64,000 bases of DNA, taken from NCBI GenBank assembly GCA_002189035.1, contig NEEC01000015.1, positions 1,488,001 through 1,552,000 on the forward strand, in the 5' to 3' direction. Shown here in pieces: positions 25,039 through 39,334 of the stretch. The DNA is from Utricularia gibba (taxonomy: Eukaryota > Plantae > Magnoliophyta). Each line of letters opens with the position of its first letter. The stretch's first letter is position 1. The notes under the pieces were generated by a model. It searched no databases and had not been told where the DNA came from. It saw only the letters and a program-made list of their open reading frames with translations. Both the position numbers and the translations under genes were made by a program.

Positions 25039-25727
25039 TGGTCGATGAATCAGTCCGTTTTGTGTTGTAAATTTTGTAGATAGGTGAGAGTTACACGAGT
25101 TTTAGTACGTGGCCTAAAGTAATCACATGGCTTCATGGTGTGAGTGTGTTCCTCTTCTTTTAGTGTTTTTTCTCCCAAACATAACATTCACTGCCATTAC
25201 ATATCTTCTGTACCTAACCCTGGTTAATGTTTCAGTAGAATATTGGGTCTGCATAACATAACACTCATTGGGATAGTATATCTTCTCTACTAAACCTGGC
25301 TAGTGTTTCTGTAGAAGTTTGGGCCTGCATAACTCTGTCTCCTTACAAACAACAACATGAATGACAAGGGTAGCCCACTTATCCGCAGAAGATAACTAAC
25401 AATCCCATATTGCAGCGTTCAGTTTCTTTCGGAATGTTGACCGTGAGAGCAAACACTAACTTGTATGTGGATATGTGGGGGAGTGGGCGTTCACCCAATC
25501 GTTGTCCAAGAACATTTTGTTGTTGTGGTAAGTTGGCAGCACAGCATTGACCTACAATGCACCAATAACATTTTCAACATTGAAAATCAACTTTAGTTAA
25601 TTCTAAAATGCACATGATGGAATTCTACCTTTCTTTTCCTACGAGAAAGACACTATCTTCACTACCAATCCCTTGCAGCGGAAGTTGTAATTTGGAAATA
25701 CATGGGGTTAGGATCAAGATGATGAGT

Positions 25728-27331
25728 CTAGGTTTGTCTGCTTTTCCTTCTCCTCTGTGTCCCAATGCAGTCTGTACAGTACCATTTCCCTTTCGGCGGT
25801 TCTTTAAGACCAACGCAGCCATAGTGGAACCATTCTATCTTGCACTGCCAGAAATATCATGGTGTTTTAAGCCTGAGGCAAAACATCGAACAAGATAATG
25901 AAACAGACCAAAGGATCCTCGCTTACATCAGGATTGTCACATGCAACCATTTCTCCATAGCTCACTTGGTTGCAGAAACAATAAGTTGGTTCATTTGGAT
26001 CAACGGGTAGATCTAATTCCATGGGAGTTGTACTGGAAGATGGTGTTGCAACGGCAGTAGCTGCAGCAGGGGTGGCAGCACCAGAAGCAGTTGCTGTTGC
26101 TAAGCGCGTCCTGAAAGGAAGATATTGTTGGCTCAATTAAAATGACATTGCTGATGAAAATATTAACTGGAAAGTAATCCAAAAGGCGTTGCTTAATACA
26201 GTGGAGCAAAAAGGATTACTTCTTGCGCCCTCTGTTGCTGCCCGTCTCAGCAGACCTTCCATCTTTGATATTTTTATTAGGGACTGAAGAAAATCCAACT
26301 GCGCCTACAGTGTCTCTTTCTGACGAGTTAGACACCAGAAACAAGTAAGATATTCATTACTGAGGAAGTTAGCAATTGCTATGGAGAGAAGGGAAAATAA
26401 GACTCGAGTATCCAAATGAATACCATGACGCTGCTCTTCATCGAATTTTTTAAGGAACTGATCGAGCTGCTGAATGTGAGTATCCACCTGTTTAGACGAA
26501 AAATTTCCAATTAAACAAAGAAATGATTGACGTACACTGCAAAACAAATATATGCAGGCTCCCAGACGACTAAAAGATTGTGCATGATAAAATCCATCAT
26601 ATATAAATCCAAGAATATCACGATTTTTACCATATCATAAGCCTGCATAGCCAATGCCACTTTCTCATCAGCAATTCTGATTGCATGTTTTTGCTCATCT
26701 AGAGCTTCACGGGAGAACTTAAAAAGAGAAGAATCTGGTAAAATGTTACCCGACTTGATATCCCGCTTCATATCATCAATCTCCTGCTCACAGCGGAGTT
26801 CATTCTGCCGCTGTATTTCTGTACACATAACATGGCAAATGCTACAGAATAATGCAAATAACGTATTAAAAAAACACCTTAGCTTCCTACTCAGAAAAAA
26901 AAAAGGGGCTAATTGATTACCCAGTTCACAAACTGTTTCTTTTAGTCCATACCTTGCAAGCTTTTATCCATATCCCGAAGCAGGGTATATTTCCTCCTCA
27001 GTATGTTTGGCAACGCTTCAAGGTCTGATTAAATGAAGCAAAAATATTAATCAACACAACCAGACTAACCAAAAAGGATAAGAAAATGACCAGAAATATC
27101 AAAGATCGAGTAAACAACAAGATTCAAATGCTGGTCTGGACGCAATAACAAAAACGTAAAATCTAATCAACATGGATCTGACTTGCATCACTAATCACAA
27201 CCTGGGCATCAGTAAGGAAACTTGACGTTCAAGATGAACCATGAATCAGAGACGATTAGCGTATCGACGCAAAAAAATGAAAATAAGATGAATTTGTAAT
27301 TACTAGCATGGAATTCCTCGCTGATAGGCAT
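25728..27331 (-). CDS. ING1: PHD finger protein ING1, 7 exons
   Basis: MPISEEFHA|[24 protein letters not shown]...[15 protein letters not shown]|VDTHIQQLD; [28 protein letters not shown]|[26 protein letters not shown]. All exons join in frame; TAG at 25728-25730. Confidence 0.95.
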
Positions 27332-27781
27332 CGCGCGGGAGGATTGCTCGCCAATAGGGGATTCAACTCGACAAGATTACGCTAGCCCTAGCGCCGGACA
27401 CAAGGTCGGTCACTCCACCCTCCAGATGAAAGGGTTGGAAAATGGCTTTTTCTATTATTTTTTTTAAAAAAATTTTGCCTCCTCGTTTAGCTTTCGTTGT
27501 ACGAGGTTTTTGAAATGATTTTGATTACATTTTTTATAATATTTCATTATTTTTATTTTCTTTGAAAAACGTTTTTATTAAAAAATTTTATTCAATAGAT
27601 ATTATTGATTTCATATAATAATAATTAATGAGAAATAAAACTACAAATCACTTCTTTATTATTAAATTAAATTAATTTTAAAATATTGATAATTTATACT
27701 TTGCAAGTGGAGGCTACTTTTTGCATGTGCCTGAGAGTTTATACAACACAGGGCAAGAGTGTTGAAGAAAGAGCCTTGAAT

Positions 27782-30700
27782 CTACTTGTACATGTCTTGG
27801 ATCTGGTTTCTGTACAGAGACATCACTTTCTCCCTCTTGATTTTCATTGTTGGAGTCATCAAACCATTTTCTATCTGCACTCAGAACGAAACTGAACCAG
27901 TCACAAAAACCAAAAGGATACATAGAATTTCGACATAGCCCTGACTATGCATACCGTGAATGGATCATCAACAACAAGGATGGGTCCAACTTGAAACGAG
28001 CAGTCAGATGTCCTGCGTTATAGAAAACACCAGCCAGGTTCAAATGAGATTTCAGAGGCAGCACTCGGCTGAACCCTCAGACTTAGAACACATGTTGATA
28101 GAAACGTTCTCCATTCAAAACACAGAAGAGGACAGAGAGTAGGGAAAGGAAGCATTCAATGAATGACAAATACAGGGAATATTAGTAGCTTTGAAAGAGA
28201 AGCAGTAGAATGTTGAATCACAAAAAAAAAAAAAAAAAAAAAAACCATTTACTGAAGTTTAATTTGTAGCTGTCAGACTGAAAGTGCAATGGTTTAAAAA
28301 TTGGCATTGACTAAGTAGTTCAAGCAATGGTCATGCTGGACCATTAGGACGGACCAAGAGAAAGTAAGAGGCTGTCTTACCATTTCTTTAACTCTTCGTG
28401 CAGCAGGTTCACCTGTTTCTGGTTACTAAGTTCTGAGAAATCGTGTTCCAAAATACCCAACCTTTTAGCTTCCGAAATGACTTCTTCCTTGTTTGGGACA
28501 ATTACAGCTCCAAGCCGTCGTTGATCCTACGTAATTATAATCAAAGCTTAGTATACAGTGAGGCGGCTCACACAAAAATGAGTATAAGTTGATTGTCACC
28601 TGTCCAACAACCATGATCTGTTGAATCAGGTTACTTTTCATTGCTGCTGCTTCAATATTTGATGGCTCAACATTTTCACCTGAAGAATAACAAGGAGATA
28701 CAAAAATTAACCATACAATGAAACGATCTCGATCATGTTTTTGATGAGACATGTATCTAGCATTCTCACATTAGGCAGGGAGCTTTTTTTTTGGAATCAG
28801 TAGTGTATTACAGCTACTGATTGCAACTACTAAAAACAAGACTTGAGGGATTTCACAGCTCATTAGCACTAGAATCATTAAACAATTAATGAATTTTATA
28901 AACAGGGATTCATCTGCACTTCTGAGAAACAAATCAAATTTTTGTCTTTGCGAGGTAAAAGTGAGACTTTCAAAGATGGAAACTAAAAGTTTATTTTCTA
29001 TGTTCTATCCAATTACGGTTTCATCTGGAAGATAATGACTAGTAATTCACAAAAGATGATACAATTAAAAGAAAAAAAGAAGGATTTGAATTTACCAGTG
29101 GAAAGAACAATTGTTTCCTTTGCACGTCCTTCTAGGACAATAACTCCTCCAGCTTCACGACTTCTTCCTCTAGAATGGTAAGGGCAAACCCAACCTATAT
29201 CCCCTGTATTTAGCCAGCCATCATCATCTATTGCTTGTGTTGTTGCCAAAGGATTCTAGTCATGTTAAAAAGTTGGCTTGAGTCTCACATGCTAAAGACG
29301 AAGCTTGGAAATGATGCGAAATACTTAAACTACAAACTGATTTACGGGGGAAAAAACATCAGTAAGCGTCCTACACTGCTTATAAGCTAGATTACAATTC
29401 GGATTACTATTCTCATTTTTGTATAAGAAAATGGTCATTATCAGTAATATAATTTACTCTAAAGGTTATCTAGTAATCTTATAGGCTTGGTTAGGAATAA
29501 GTACATTGTTAGCGAAAAGTACTATGTACGTAGCAAACATGCTCTTACTGTTCACCGTAATCTACAGTATATTGTCTTCTAATATCAACTCGCAAAACAG
29601 AAAGCATAGAAAATAATTTACAATTATTTGTGCTTGAAAACTGATTCATATAAAATCCCAGAGAGTTGGTGCCATAAAATCTAACTGCTTACTTAATACC
29701 TACTGATCCGTATGTTAGAGGCAGTAAGCCCTTATCGCATTCCCTTTTTATAACTCTAACTACGTTATAAAAACACAAGCTATGAGACTACCTTGTAATA
29801 ACCCTTCATCACTTGTGGACCTCGTACTTTCACGATGCCGCTGGATCCATTGGGAAGAATCACACCTGTCTCAACATCCACGATCTTTATCTCTGTGTGA
29901 CAAATAGGATGCCCGATGGAACCCAGAACCTTTATAATTATCACAAGTAAATATTTACAAGGCATGGCATATAAACGCTTATAAGAAGGTACTTGATGAG
30001 TTCATGCGTACATAAGATAAGAAGTATCATTTTTTCAGAAGGAAGGTAGCAGTAAAAAAATGTAAACCAGAAGTTTGAGTGGAAAACTTTGGCCACAATC
30101 ACTGCCAAATAACCTATTCATAAGCTTCATAGTATCTACATAAGAGTCTTTTGTGCTGAAAAGAGAATGAGGATATCTAATAACTGGATATAGATTCTCT
30201 CATGGGTTAAAAGCGCAGTAAAAGTGAAACAATGCATCCCCCCCAGTTGAGAGGAGGAAGCACAACAGGACACAGAAAACAAATTAACAACAGAAAAGGT
30301 TCCTTACGTTACAATCTAGTCGTCGAGCTGCAATGACAGGAGATGACTCTGTTAAACCATAGCCATTTTGCACATTCACTTCGATTGCCTGTTCAAACAT
30401 ATCTCTATACTGATTATGACAACTTCGTATCCTGATAATTGAAATGTTTTATTGATGAGATGAACCTCAAAGAACTTATCCACATGTAAAGGCAAGCTAC
30501 CACCCCCACTTATTCCAGCCTACAAAAAAGCCCAAATCATATCTGTATCAGATAGCTTGTCTCCACGTGCTAAAATCCATTTGAAAATGAGCATCTTGTG
30601 TGAATGAAAAGTAAATAGAAAAAAGACCTTGGAAATGCCAACTGAAGAATGAATTTTACTGTACACTATTTTCTTTGCCAACAGATGAAATGGCCATAAA

Positions 30701-33700
30701 AGAACTGCAATTATTCTGGACCACAACCATTCAATCCCCGCAGAGAGAATGGAAGGCTCCTCAAGATCTCTCGTGAGGCATTTTCCCTTGAGACAAGAAA
30801 AACGGCTTAATAAAGCATGGAATGGAAAAATGGCTTAATATATGTCCAAGGTTCAATATTGAAAAAATTTCAGAGAATGAGAAATGGCAATAAGAACAAA
30901 ATAAATTCAAATTAGAAACCATGTTCAGGGTGATTTCTATAGTACTCATAATGTTTCTAAATGAGTGAAATTCCGATTTACCAACTTCCGGCATTAAAAT
31001 TAGACAATACATCTTCTCCTGACATGTACTGCTCATAAAGTTCAATTTGCATACAGATCTGTACACTAGCTTGAGATAAAGCACAATGCCATCCTTAACT
31101 TCGTGAGATAGTTAAAAAAAATCAAGAATGAATCATTAAGTGCTGCCCATTTAACTGAATAATTACTTCAGACTAATTTCTTTCCATCCTTTTCAAATTT
31201 ACAAAAAGGAACATTGGAACTGCTCATTTAAAATCACAGGATACTTCATGAAGCTGATTTCTAAGCTGGGAAAAAATGAGCATATTGTACTATAAAGTGG
31301 CATCATCAACATAACGTAATCCCTTCAATCATTTCCAATTCAGTTGGAGATTTATGTATCATGTCGGCCTGTTTTCCTACTTCCCGAGTTTAAAGCAAGT
31401 AAAATCACTGGCATGCTATCTTACTGAAAATATTGACTATTTGGCACCCTATTCTCTAAAAAAAAAAAGATAAACAAAATCAGCATGTTGTTTAGACATG
31501 AAAATTTCTCCATTTCAGACTACTGGAAAAAAATTACATTCATCCAATAAAAAACATAAAAAATAAAATTTGAAAGGTCATGAATTTAACCTCATATGTT
31601 CGTTTAGCATCCATGTACGCATAACTGATCTTCAAGCACAACAGAGCAATATTCCTACGAATAGCCGAACTTTTGGAAATCTGCTTCATAACCCCCCTGC
31701 AGTACTGTGGTCAGCACTACCAAAGAAAAAAAAAAGAGCAAACAACGTGTTTAAACAGCACAAAGAACAGAAAATTTCTCGATGCTTATTTTAACAATTA
31801 GGTGTGAGCGAAACACATTACATAGAAATGCATTGGAAATCGTTAACTAACTTCAAGAAACAAAATTTAGATTCTTTTTACCGACACTTTTATGCTGAAC
31901 ATCAATTCACCAATGCAAATAGTTTGACACGTACCCTTAAATAATGAGCTGTTAGCATACTCAACCACATGCAAGGCACACTCATCAATTCAAAGAGAAA
32001 ATTTTCCACATTCACCTAGATAAAAAAAATGCACCAAAGAAATTTGCATTCATATGTAATAAAAATACTACATGATACCAGCCATACAGTTTTCTACATT
32101 TTTTTTTCCCAAAAGGCTTCCAAATATTCTTCCATGCAACAAGTGCAATGTCATTTATAGGAATAAGAGAAGAAGTGAATGTGTTTGACAACTTCAACAA
32201 AAATTTTTACCTGTAAAGTGTCTCGTAAACTAGAGGAACCGAGACAATATAGTGAGGTTGATAATTACGCAAATCTTCCTGCAATACACATGCACTACAT
32301 GATACATTATATCTATGAAATACATCAATAACATAAAAATTTAAGAGCATATTCCTCTTGGAATGAATCAAGTGCATCAATTGAAGGGAGTTCATGCCTT
32401 AAGCTTCTTTACTGAAGAATATACATGCTCAATGCCACATGTAAATGTAAAATATTCAGCAGCTCGCTCATATGCATGCCAGGGTGGTAGCATGCTTAAA
32501 AATCTATCCCCAGGAACAGCAGGAAGAACATCACCAAATTTACAACCTAAAATAAATTGAGCACGATTAGAAGCAATAAAAAAGGAATAGTAATTAACAG
32601 GCATTACGTAACTCAGCATCATGAAATAAACAACTAATGCTCATGCAAAAACTAAAAATTCTATTGTATATATATCATGGACAGAAAAGAATAACATGAA
32701 GTTGCATTTTTTTGGTGACATGAAATTATGGAGTATTACAGAGACTTGAGCTCAAAGTCATCAAATTTCATAGTTGGTCCAATGGCAACAATATATTTTG
32801 AAACTTCAGAAACATCGCATGAAGTAGTCAGCACTTCTGTCAAATAGGAGAATTTATACCTTCATGCTACTGATTTAGCAAATAAAATAACAATAATTTG
32901 CATTGCCTTTTTGGAAGAACTTTTCAGGGCAAAATATAACAACCCGTGCTGCATAGGATTTTATGGAAAGCAAAACAAAGATGGCGAAAGTAGTATTACT
33001 AGCAAAAGGATATTTACATAGTTAGATTGTACAAACACGTGGGGGAGCTCCACAGGCACTACACACCAATTGTATATCACAAAAACTGGGATCTGCTTCT
33101 TTTTATATCCAGTGTTACATGTAACTACCTCTAAATGTAAGAAAATGTAAATCATCTGCTAAAGTTGGCACATGGCTTGTTAGCTCAGAGAGAAATTGTT
33201 TTTTCACACAATGGATGCAGTACAATATAATATGTGTCGCTGACTCTTAGTAATATGTTCATGATCAACTTATGCAAATTTTCATGCTTACCTCCAAACA
33301 CAACAATTCTTTAATGGAAAGTTCAAAGTGCCTAAGTGCATCAATAGCTACTATACTGAACACTCCCTCAGAAAATTACTCCATTAACTGGGCATTTCAT
33401 TGATTTTATCAACAATTTTCTATCATTTTGACTGCGTAGTCAATGCAAGTTAAGAAGTGTAGAAATATTAAAATATATGAAAAGAGCACCCTAATGCACA
33501 CAATTAAATGCACACTTCATTCAAATCGAGGGCAAAATAAAAAGGAAAGGATCATATTATTAGAAGACACACAATTGACAATCAGTTCGCAGCTTAGTGC
33601 TACTCATGTTATTTGATCCAATATGATGGAAGTACTTATCATGAAACTTGAATCTGACCTGATGTAGCAAATTCCTATGGGTAAGCATGACACCTTTGGG

Positions 33701-36700
33701 ATTTCCAGTGGTGCCACTGGTATAAACCATCGTACAAACATCATCTGGCTGTAGAGTTTCGTGAATCTGCCTTTCTCCTCCCAGGGAAGAAACAAAACAT
33801 TCAATAAACGAAACATTAACAAATCAAAAGTTGAAATCAGTAACCAACACTTTATGGCATACACACAGAAAGCGAGTATTTTAAAGTTCAGTCGCATTCT
33901 TCATGGAATGGATCAGATAACACATCAAAAAACCACTAAAAAAAATAAAAGCGTACTGGCAACTTGAGGATTACCTAAAGCAGCACGACTTTTGACACCC
34001 AAATCAATAATATCATTGTAACTGTATACAGGAATATTTGCAACACTTGGAATCTTCCCCCATAGAAAAACAATGAACCTAATGCTGGCTTCAGACAGAA
34101 ATTCCTGTGAAATCTGCTGGTAAAATTGGGAATCATCCAACACCATGGCAATACTGCAGTGAAATTTTCAAATCACATTATCACCAATAAATGAAAAGGA
34201 AAGATAATTTTCTCTTTTAAAAAAAATTACGTGTTAAAACCGTTTGTTATGCCTGATGTTATTCTTCTAACATGGTTTACAAATTTTGAGAAATGAGATA
34301 TTTACTAAAGTCGACCAACAGTGCAGATGAAAACTATTAAACTAATGTGAAAATGTGTCAAAGCAGAACTTATATCACTCAAAGGTGAAAAATTTTCAGA
34401 AAATGTAACTTTTAAACAATATTTTGGGAAACATGCAAGAGTTTGCATTCAAATGTATCTAAATGAAGACTTCGAATGTAATCCAATTTCTGATATCATA
34501 TCACACCTTGCTTGTATAATCTAATAATGCATCTAGAGAAATCATATCCTGGGTCGTCAATTTAAGAAAAACTAAAAAATGAAAGGATTTTAAAACACTC
34601 GGAAGAAAATATGTAGTCTTATAGGTTGGAGAGTTTACAATAATTAATTGAACACTGTCCAGCATAAATTCAGAATGTTGTCGCATTAACTAGTTTCATT
34701 CGCATGCCATAACATGGTTGTGAACATCACAAGTTTTCATTAAGAATAATTTCCATATTTTGAACTCAATTATAATGAAACTGTGAAAAAATCAATTCAA
34801 TTCATTCTTCCATAACAGATTGAAGATATCATGCTCTACAACCGTGAGGTGCATACTTGCTATGTTCAACTTAATTCCACCATTCATGAGGCCTCCAGAT
34901 TAGCAAATTGTATTACTATATGAATGAACCTCAACATTGCATTTTTTACAGAAATTGCAGGTTTTGAAAAGAGTTACATGATTGGAGAGACACAAATAAC
35001 CTTTCAGAATGGTTGTAAATCTGCAGAAGCTCTTGACTGGATGACCTAGTGCCTCTTACAACGTTTATTGCTCCAGAAGCCATAATCCCTGAGGATAACA
35101 CGTGTTCCCAGAAGATTGTAAGACGAGATATAAAATTTAGTAGAGAAAATAAATGTTTTAAAAGAAAATAATAAAAATAATATTAAATTCAAGTAACACC
35201 GGCTTATTAATTATCAGGTGAGCATTATACATAATAGGATATGTGAATAATAATGGAAAAAATATTAGCTTTTTATTGCACAGATTCAGAGTCATCAATT
35301 CTAGAAACAATCATCTGATAGGCATTGATCGGAAAATGCAAGCATAGAAAAGACTACACATTCAGGAGAAAACATAAAGATTGTGTCACGTTATTGCTGA
35401 AGTTGAAGTGAATTTTGCATTAGTTTGTTGACTACCATTGGACTGAAAACATGTGGTCACTGACTCTAGATGCGGCTTCAAGACCAGAGAGTACCATAAG
35501 CATACTAGATGTTGTCAACATGTATACTAGCACATGGCCTTAGCCTTTCTCCAAAAATCATACAACAATAAAGAAATGATTCAAATTATCTTGCAGCTTA
35601 CCCACATAGGCAACTCTTACTTGGATTTGCAAATTCTAGATTCAAAGAAAAAAAAACATGGTAAATCACAAGTCTCTTCTGCTACGCATGCTTTCCATAC
35701 TCATTGCAAGTTCTTGTCGAAGTTACCAGAAAAATTATTATTAGTGATGTGTTACTTTTGTTACATGTATGTAATACAACAACCAGACGTTACTATGTGA
35801 ATGGCTAGGCTGGGGTGAACTAAGGTATGCTCACAGTGAAAATACAAATGATTGATGCATTGCAACTAAAAGGGGTTCATGAAAAGATTACGTGAACCAA
35901 ACTTAAAGACCCATGCTTTTCATCATACCTTGGTCAGAGATGAGCCATCGACAAGAATTATCAGCAAACAGAGCAATCTTTTCACCGGGTTTTAAACCAA
36001 CCACTCTCAGGCCTTCACAAAAATTCAAAATATCTTGCTCGAGCTGGACCCAGTAAAATCCTCGGGTTAAAAACCCCAGTGAAAACACACCAAATTGAAA
36101 AAAAAAATGAAAAGCTACGTAAGACCAAGGGATCTCCGAAGCCAAAATAGAAGTTTAAGATTTGACTAAGATTTAAAAAAGGAAAATGAAATTTGACTTA
36201 ATCGAAAATTTAGATAGTGGAAAACAACTTTATTGAAGGCAACATCTCCTAAGGTAACCTCTTAACATCTCAGAAAATAAACCTTTTAAGAGACTAGTCC
36301 ATAAGAACAAGAAAATAAACCTCCTCAACATAAATCTTGTCACATCCGGCTAAAATGATGGTATACTACAAGAAATTATCAGTAATTATGCTGCAGTCAT
36401 GTAACAACTCAAAAGAGGTTAAAACACATAAAATCTTGTAGGTGATTCTCTCTGTTTTTGAAAAATATCTTTTGTTGTTGTGAATTCAAAATAATAAAAA
36501 ATACTCCCCTAACAATTTTAGAGGCATAAGTCATATCCTCCCATTGCATACAGCATTAACCGTTTCCTACTCACATGATAATAAAACACACTACTGATAT
36601 ACTCCCTTAATAGCAACTACCAATTTCATATCTTAAAATTTCTGAATTTTTCATGAGTTGAAGAGAATTATCACTCCTACAAGAATATCCATTTAACTTT

Positions 36701-37638
36701 TCTTTTTATACTTTCCCTTGAACGCATTCGTGTTCCCCCCCCCCCCCCCCCCCAATTTAGAATTTGTACTTCATTTTTTCTGAATGCTAGATCAAGACTG
36801 TTATTGTGAATACCAAGAAATCGGAAAATTGACCTGCTTGTAGGAAATATTTGTTGGGGGATTGTGATAAGGATCCACCAAAGCAATGAGATCACCAAAT
36901 TTTTCTGCAGATGTTCTCCAGATCTCAGGTATTGTTTTCCATTCTTCAGAAGAAAAGGCCTTTTTTGTTGATACTGGATCACTTTCTACTGATGGTGAAA
37001 ACTTTGTTTTCTGCACGACTTTGATCTTAAAAATCATCATGTTGAAATAAAGCGGTTATGACGCAGAATGCAATGTTAGTACTTAATGATAATAATAAAT
37101 TAGTAAGCATCACAACGATGAAATAAACATCATTGATAGATATTTGTTATACCATGTGAAATATCTTGTTGTCCAAAAACATAAGATTTGATCTAAAGCC
37201 AGAAAACACGTTTCCATTTCATATAGCTCAAGTTTAAAATCTCTTTTTCAACAATCAGGCGGTCAACTTGCTTTCAAAACATCATGCTTCATCAACGTCC
37301 TCTGTCCTCGGATCACACAAATGTGTTTCTTTTAAATGCATCAGACGTCTTTCTAGCGATGTACAACTGCCGGTGGTATCCTTTTCCGCATGTTAGTAAT
37401 ATCGACAATGAGACCCCCCCCCCCCCCCCCCCAAAAAAAATGAAAACTGATAAAAAAATACCAAGCAAGAAAATGCAATTAGGGAAACAAAGGCTACCGA
37501 TGCGGCGCAGAAGACTCGAAAATCTGGAGTTGAGTACAGCGTATTAGCGCCACACTTCTTGTAAAAGCCTGAGGAGCCGATAAATTCATGCGTCAAAACG
37601 ATCCCACGATGGCAGCCGGAAACTGGTGCCGCGAACAT
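27782..37638 (-). CDS. AAE15/AAE16: Plastid long-chain acyl-[ACP]/acyl-CoA synthetase (AAE15/AAE16 clade); one apparent frameshift and one GC-AG intron
   Basis: ATG 37638 (transit peptide MFAAPVSG...); [18 protein letters not shown]; AMP-binding [12 protein letters not shown]; GISGGGSLP; [12 protein letters not shown]; GWLNTGDIG; [17 protein letters not shown]; last exon [14 protein letters not shown]...MYK*, TAG at 27782-27784. Confidence 0.95.
28222..28244 (+). repeat. A23 homopolymer (AAE intron)
   Basis: 23 consecutive A counted directly. Confidence 0.9.
36735..36753 (+). repeat. C19 homopolymer (G19 on the AAE sense strand, intron 2)
   Basis: 19 consecutive C counted directly. Confidence 0.9.
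37414..37432 (+). repeat. C19 homopolymer (G19 on the AAE sense strand, intron 1)
   Basis: 19 consecutive C counted directly. Confidence 0.9.
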
Positions 37639-38997
37639 GCTCGAAGAAGAAAAGAAAACTTCGATCCAAAGCGCTTCGTGTTGCGAGGGCGATGATCCTG
37701 AGGATAGCTTCAATTTCTACTTCAGCGGCATTCAAAACACACCAAACGACAAAAAACATTAAATATTAAATAATTTAAAATAAATAAATAAAAATAAGAG
37801 GCTGGTGTTCCAATTTTAGTTGAGAATGATGCAGAATTTTATCCTCCACAATAAATAAGAAACTTAGTTTTATAATAATTATATATTATTTTAATTCTCA
37901 TTTTTCAACGTCAATGAATGTACAATATGGTAATTTCACAATTGAAGAGAATATGGATCAGCAGTAGCAGCATAGTTGCACACGACTCAGCAACCAGAAG
38001 CAAAGTCGCACACGAAATTAGTTTGCAACGCTAGTTTCGGCTCCTCTTTCGTCTCCTTTTCTTCGTTTCCGACTCTCGGGTCGGACCCGGCTGCAGTCCT
38101 AACGATGCTTGAATCAATGGTGAAGTGCATGCCGGAGTTGGACTATGAAAATTGTACGCTCAAAGCTAGTTTCTTTATCTTCAAATGTGCAAAGGGGCAT
38201 CCAGAAGTTGTCTGTCTGCCCGCTCTCTCAGCAGTGCGCTATCGGCTCCGCTGCCTCGCCCCAGGACCAGATTTTCTTCCACCAATTAGGCTGCTGTTGA
38301 CCCGCCCCCAGATTTCCTAAAAACGTGCATCTTTGCTTCCTCCAGTCCTGGTTGTTACCAGAACTCGTTGCCAAGATGTTTCAGACACGTGCGGTATACT
38401 TTCTGATGAGCAAGCAATTACTCTTTATGGTCCCATGAACGCATCAGCAACCATGTTGATGCTGACTCAAGTTCAGGGTTTGCTAAAACCCCTTGTTGAG
38501 AGTATCACAACAGGTGCAAATGCGGATAAACTCCACATTAAAAATGAACTGCTACTTGAGCGGTTTGTGGCTGATCGCTTAACCAGTTAATCGCACGATT
38601 AGGCAACGCATGGGATGTTACCTACCTTAAACTAAAGCCTAAACTATAACTTAAACACAGACAGAGGACGAATAGGTTCATGCAATATAGTATTATTTTG
38701 TCAATGACTGTTAAAGCCGGTGGAAAAAGCAAGTGTTAGAGGGTTCCGTCCACTCAACTCCAAGAGGAAAGTTAGCACTCGGGCTACTTATCTTCCGTCT
38801 GAACTTGGTCATTTTAAGAGTGACATAACTAATTCATTTATTTATCTTATCAACTGGTATTTCCTGGTTCGTGGGCGCTTTCGATTTTGATCATTAGAAG
38901 AAGAAGAAAATGGGAATCGAGCTTCCAAGTGCACTACCTAAACAATTCCATTGCATAGAAAATGAATGAGAATGTGATCATAGACAGATGTGGGTTT

Positions 38998-39291
38998 TCA
39001 ATGCATCAATCCGGGCGTCTGGGGTTGAGGCGGAGGTGCAGCACCTTGAAGAAGCAGGAACCCCCCGCACGCCACCGGGATGAACGTACACGGAGACTCG
39101 GATGACGGTGGCACCGGCGCTCGGAAAGATTCCATCGTTGCATTTATATCACCTGCTGGTGGTGGTGCTGCTGCTATGGTTCTCGCACCCTCAGCTTCTA
39201 TGCAGCAACTAGAAATCCACACCAGGATGCATAACACGGCGATGCATGTGTAGCTACGGTGCCACGGCGGGAACGATGATGGCGATGCCAT
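38998..39291 (-). CDS. Small secreted peptide precursor, CTNIP/SCREW phytocytokine-like
   Basis: ATG 39291; hydrophobic signal ending EAEGAR; C-terminal RAPVPPSSESPCTFIP resembles the PVxxSGPxxCTxIP motif; TATAAATA about 45 nt upstream. The C-terminus is uncertain because of C/G runs. Confidence 0.72.
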   Translation of the reverse strand: MASPSSFPPWHRSYTCIAVLCILVWISSCCIEAEGARTIAAAPPPAGDINATMESFRAPVPPSSESPCTFIPVACGGFLLLQGAAPPPQPQTPGLMH

Positions 39292-39334
39292 CCTTTTGTT
39301 TGAACTCAGGGAAGTTTGGTGGAGGGAGGTGGAG

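Noticed and set aside
37639-37713. N-terminal extensions given by the ORF track (AAE 37713, PPR 60727, HMGB 43055)
   Set aside because: They begin at TTG codons. The first in-frame ATGs are 37638, 60661 and 43082.
38404-38466. TGATGA...CTGA, a possible C/D snoRNA
   Set aside because: No terminal stem or recognisable rRNA-antisense element; these short boxes occur by chance.
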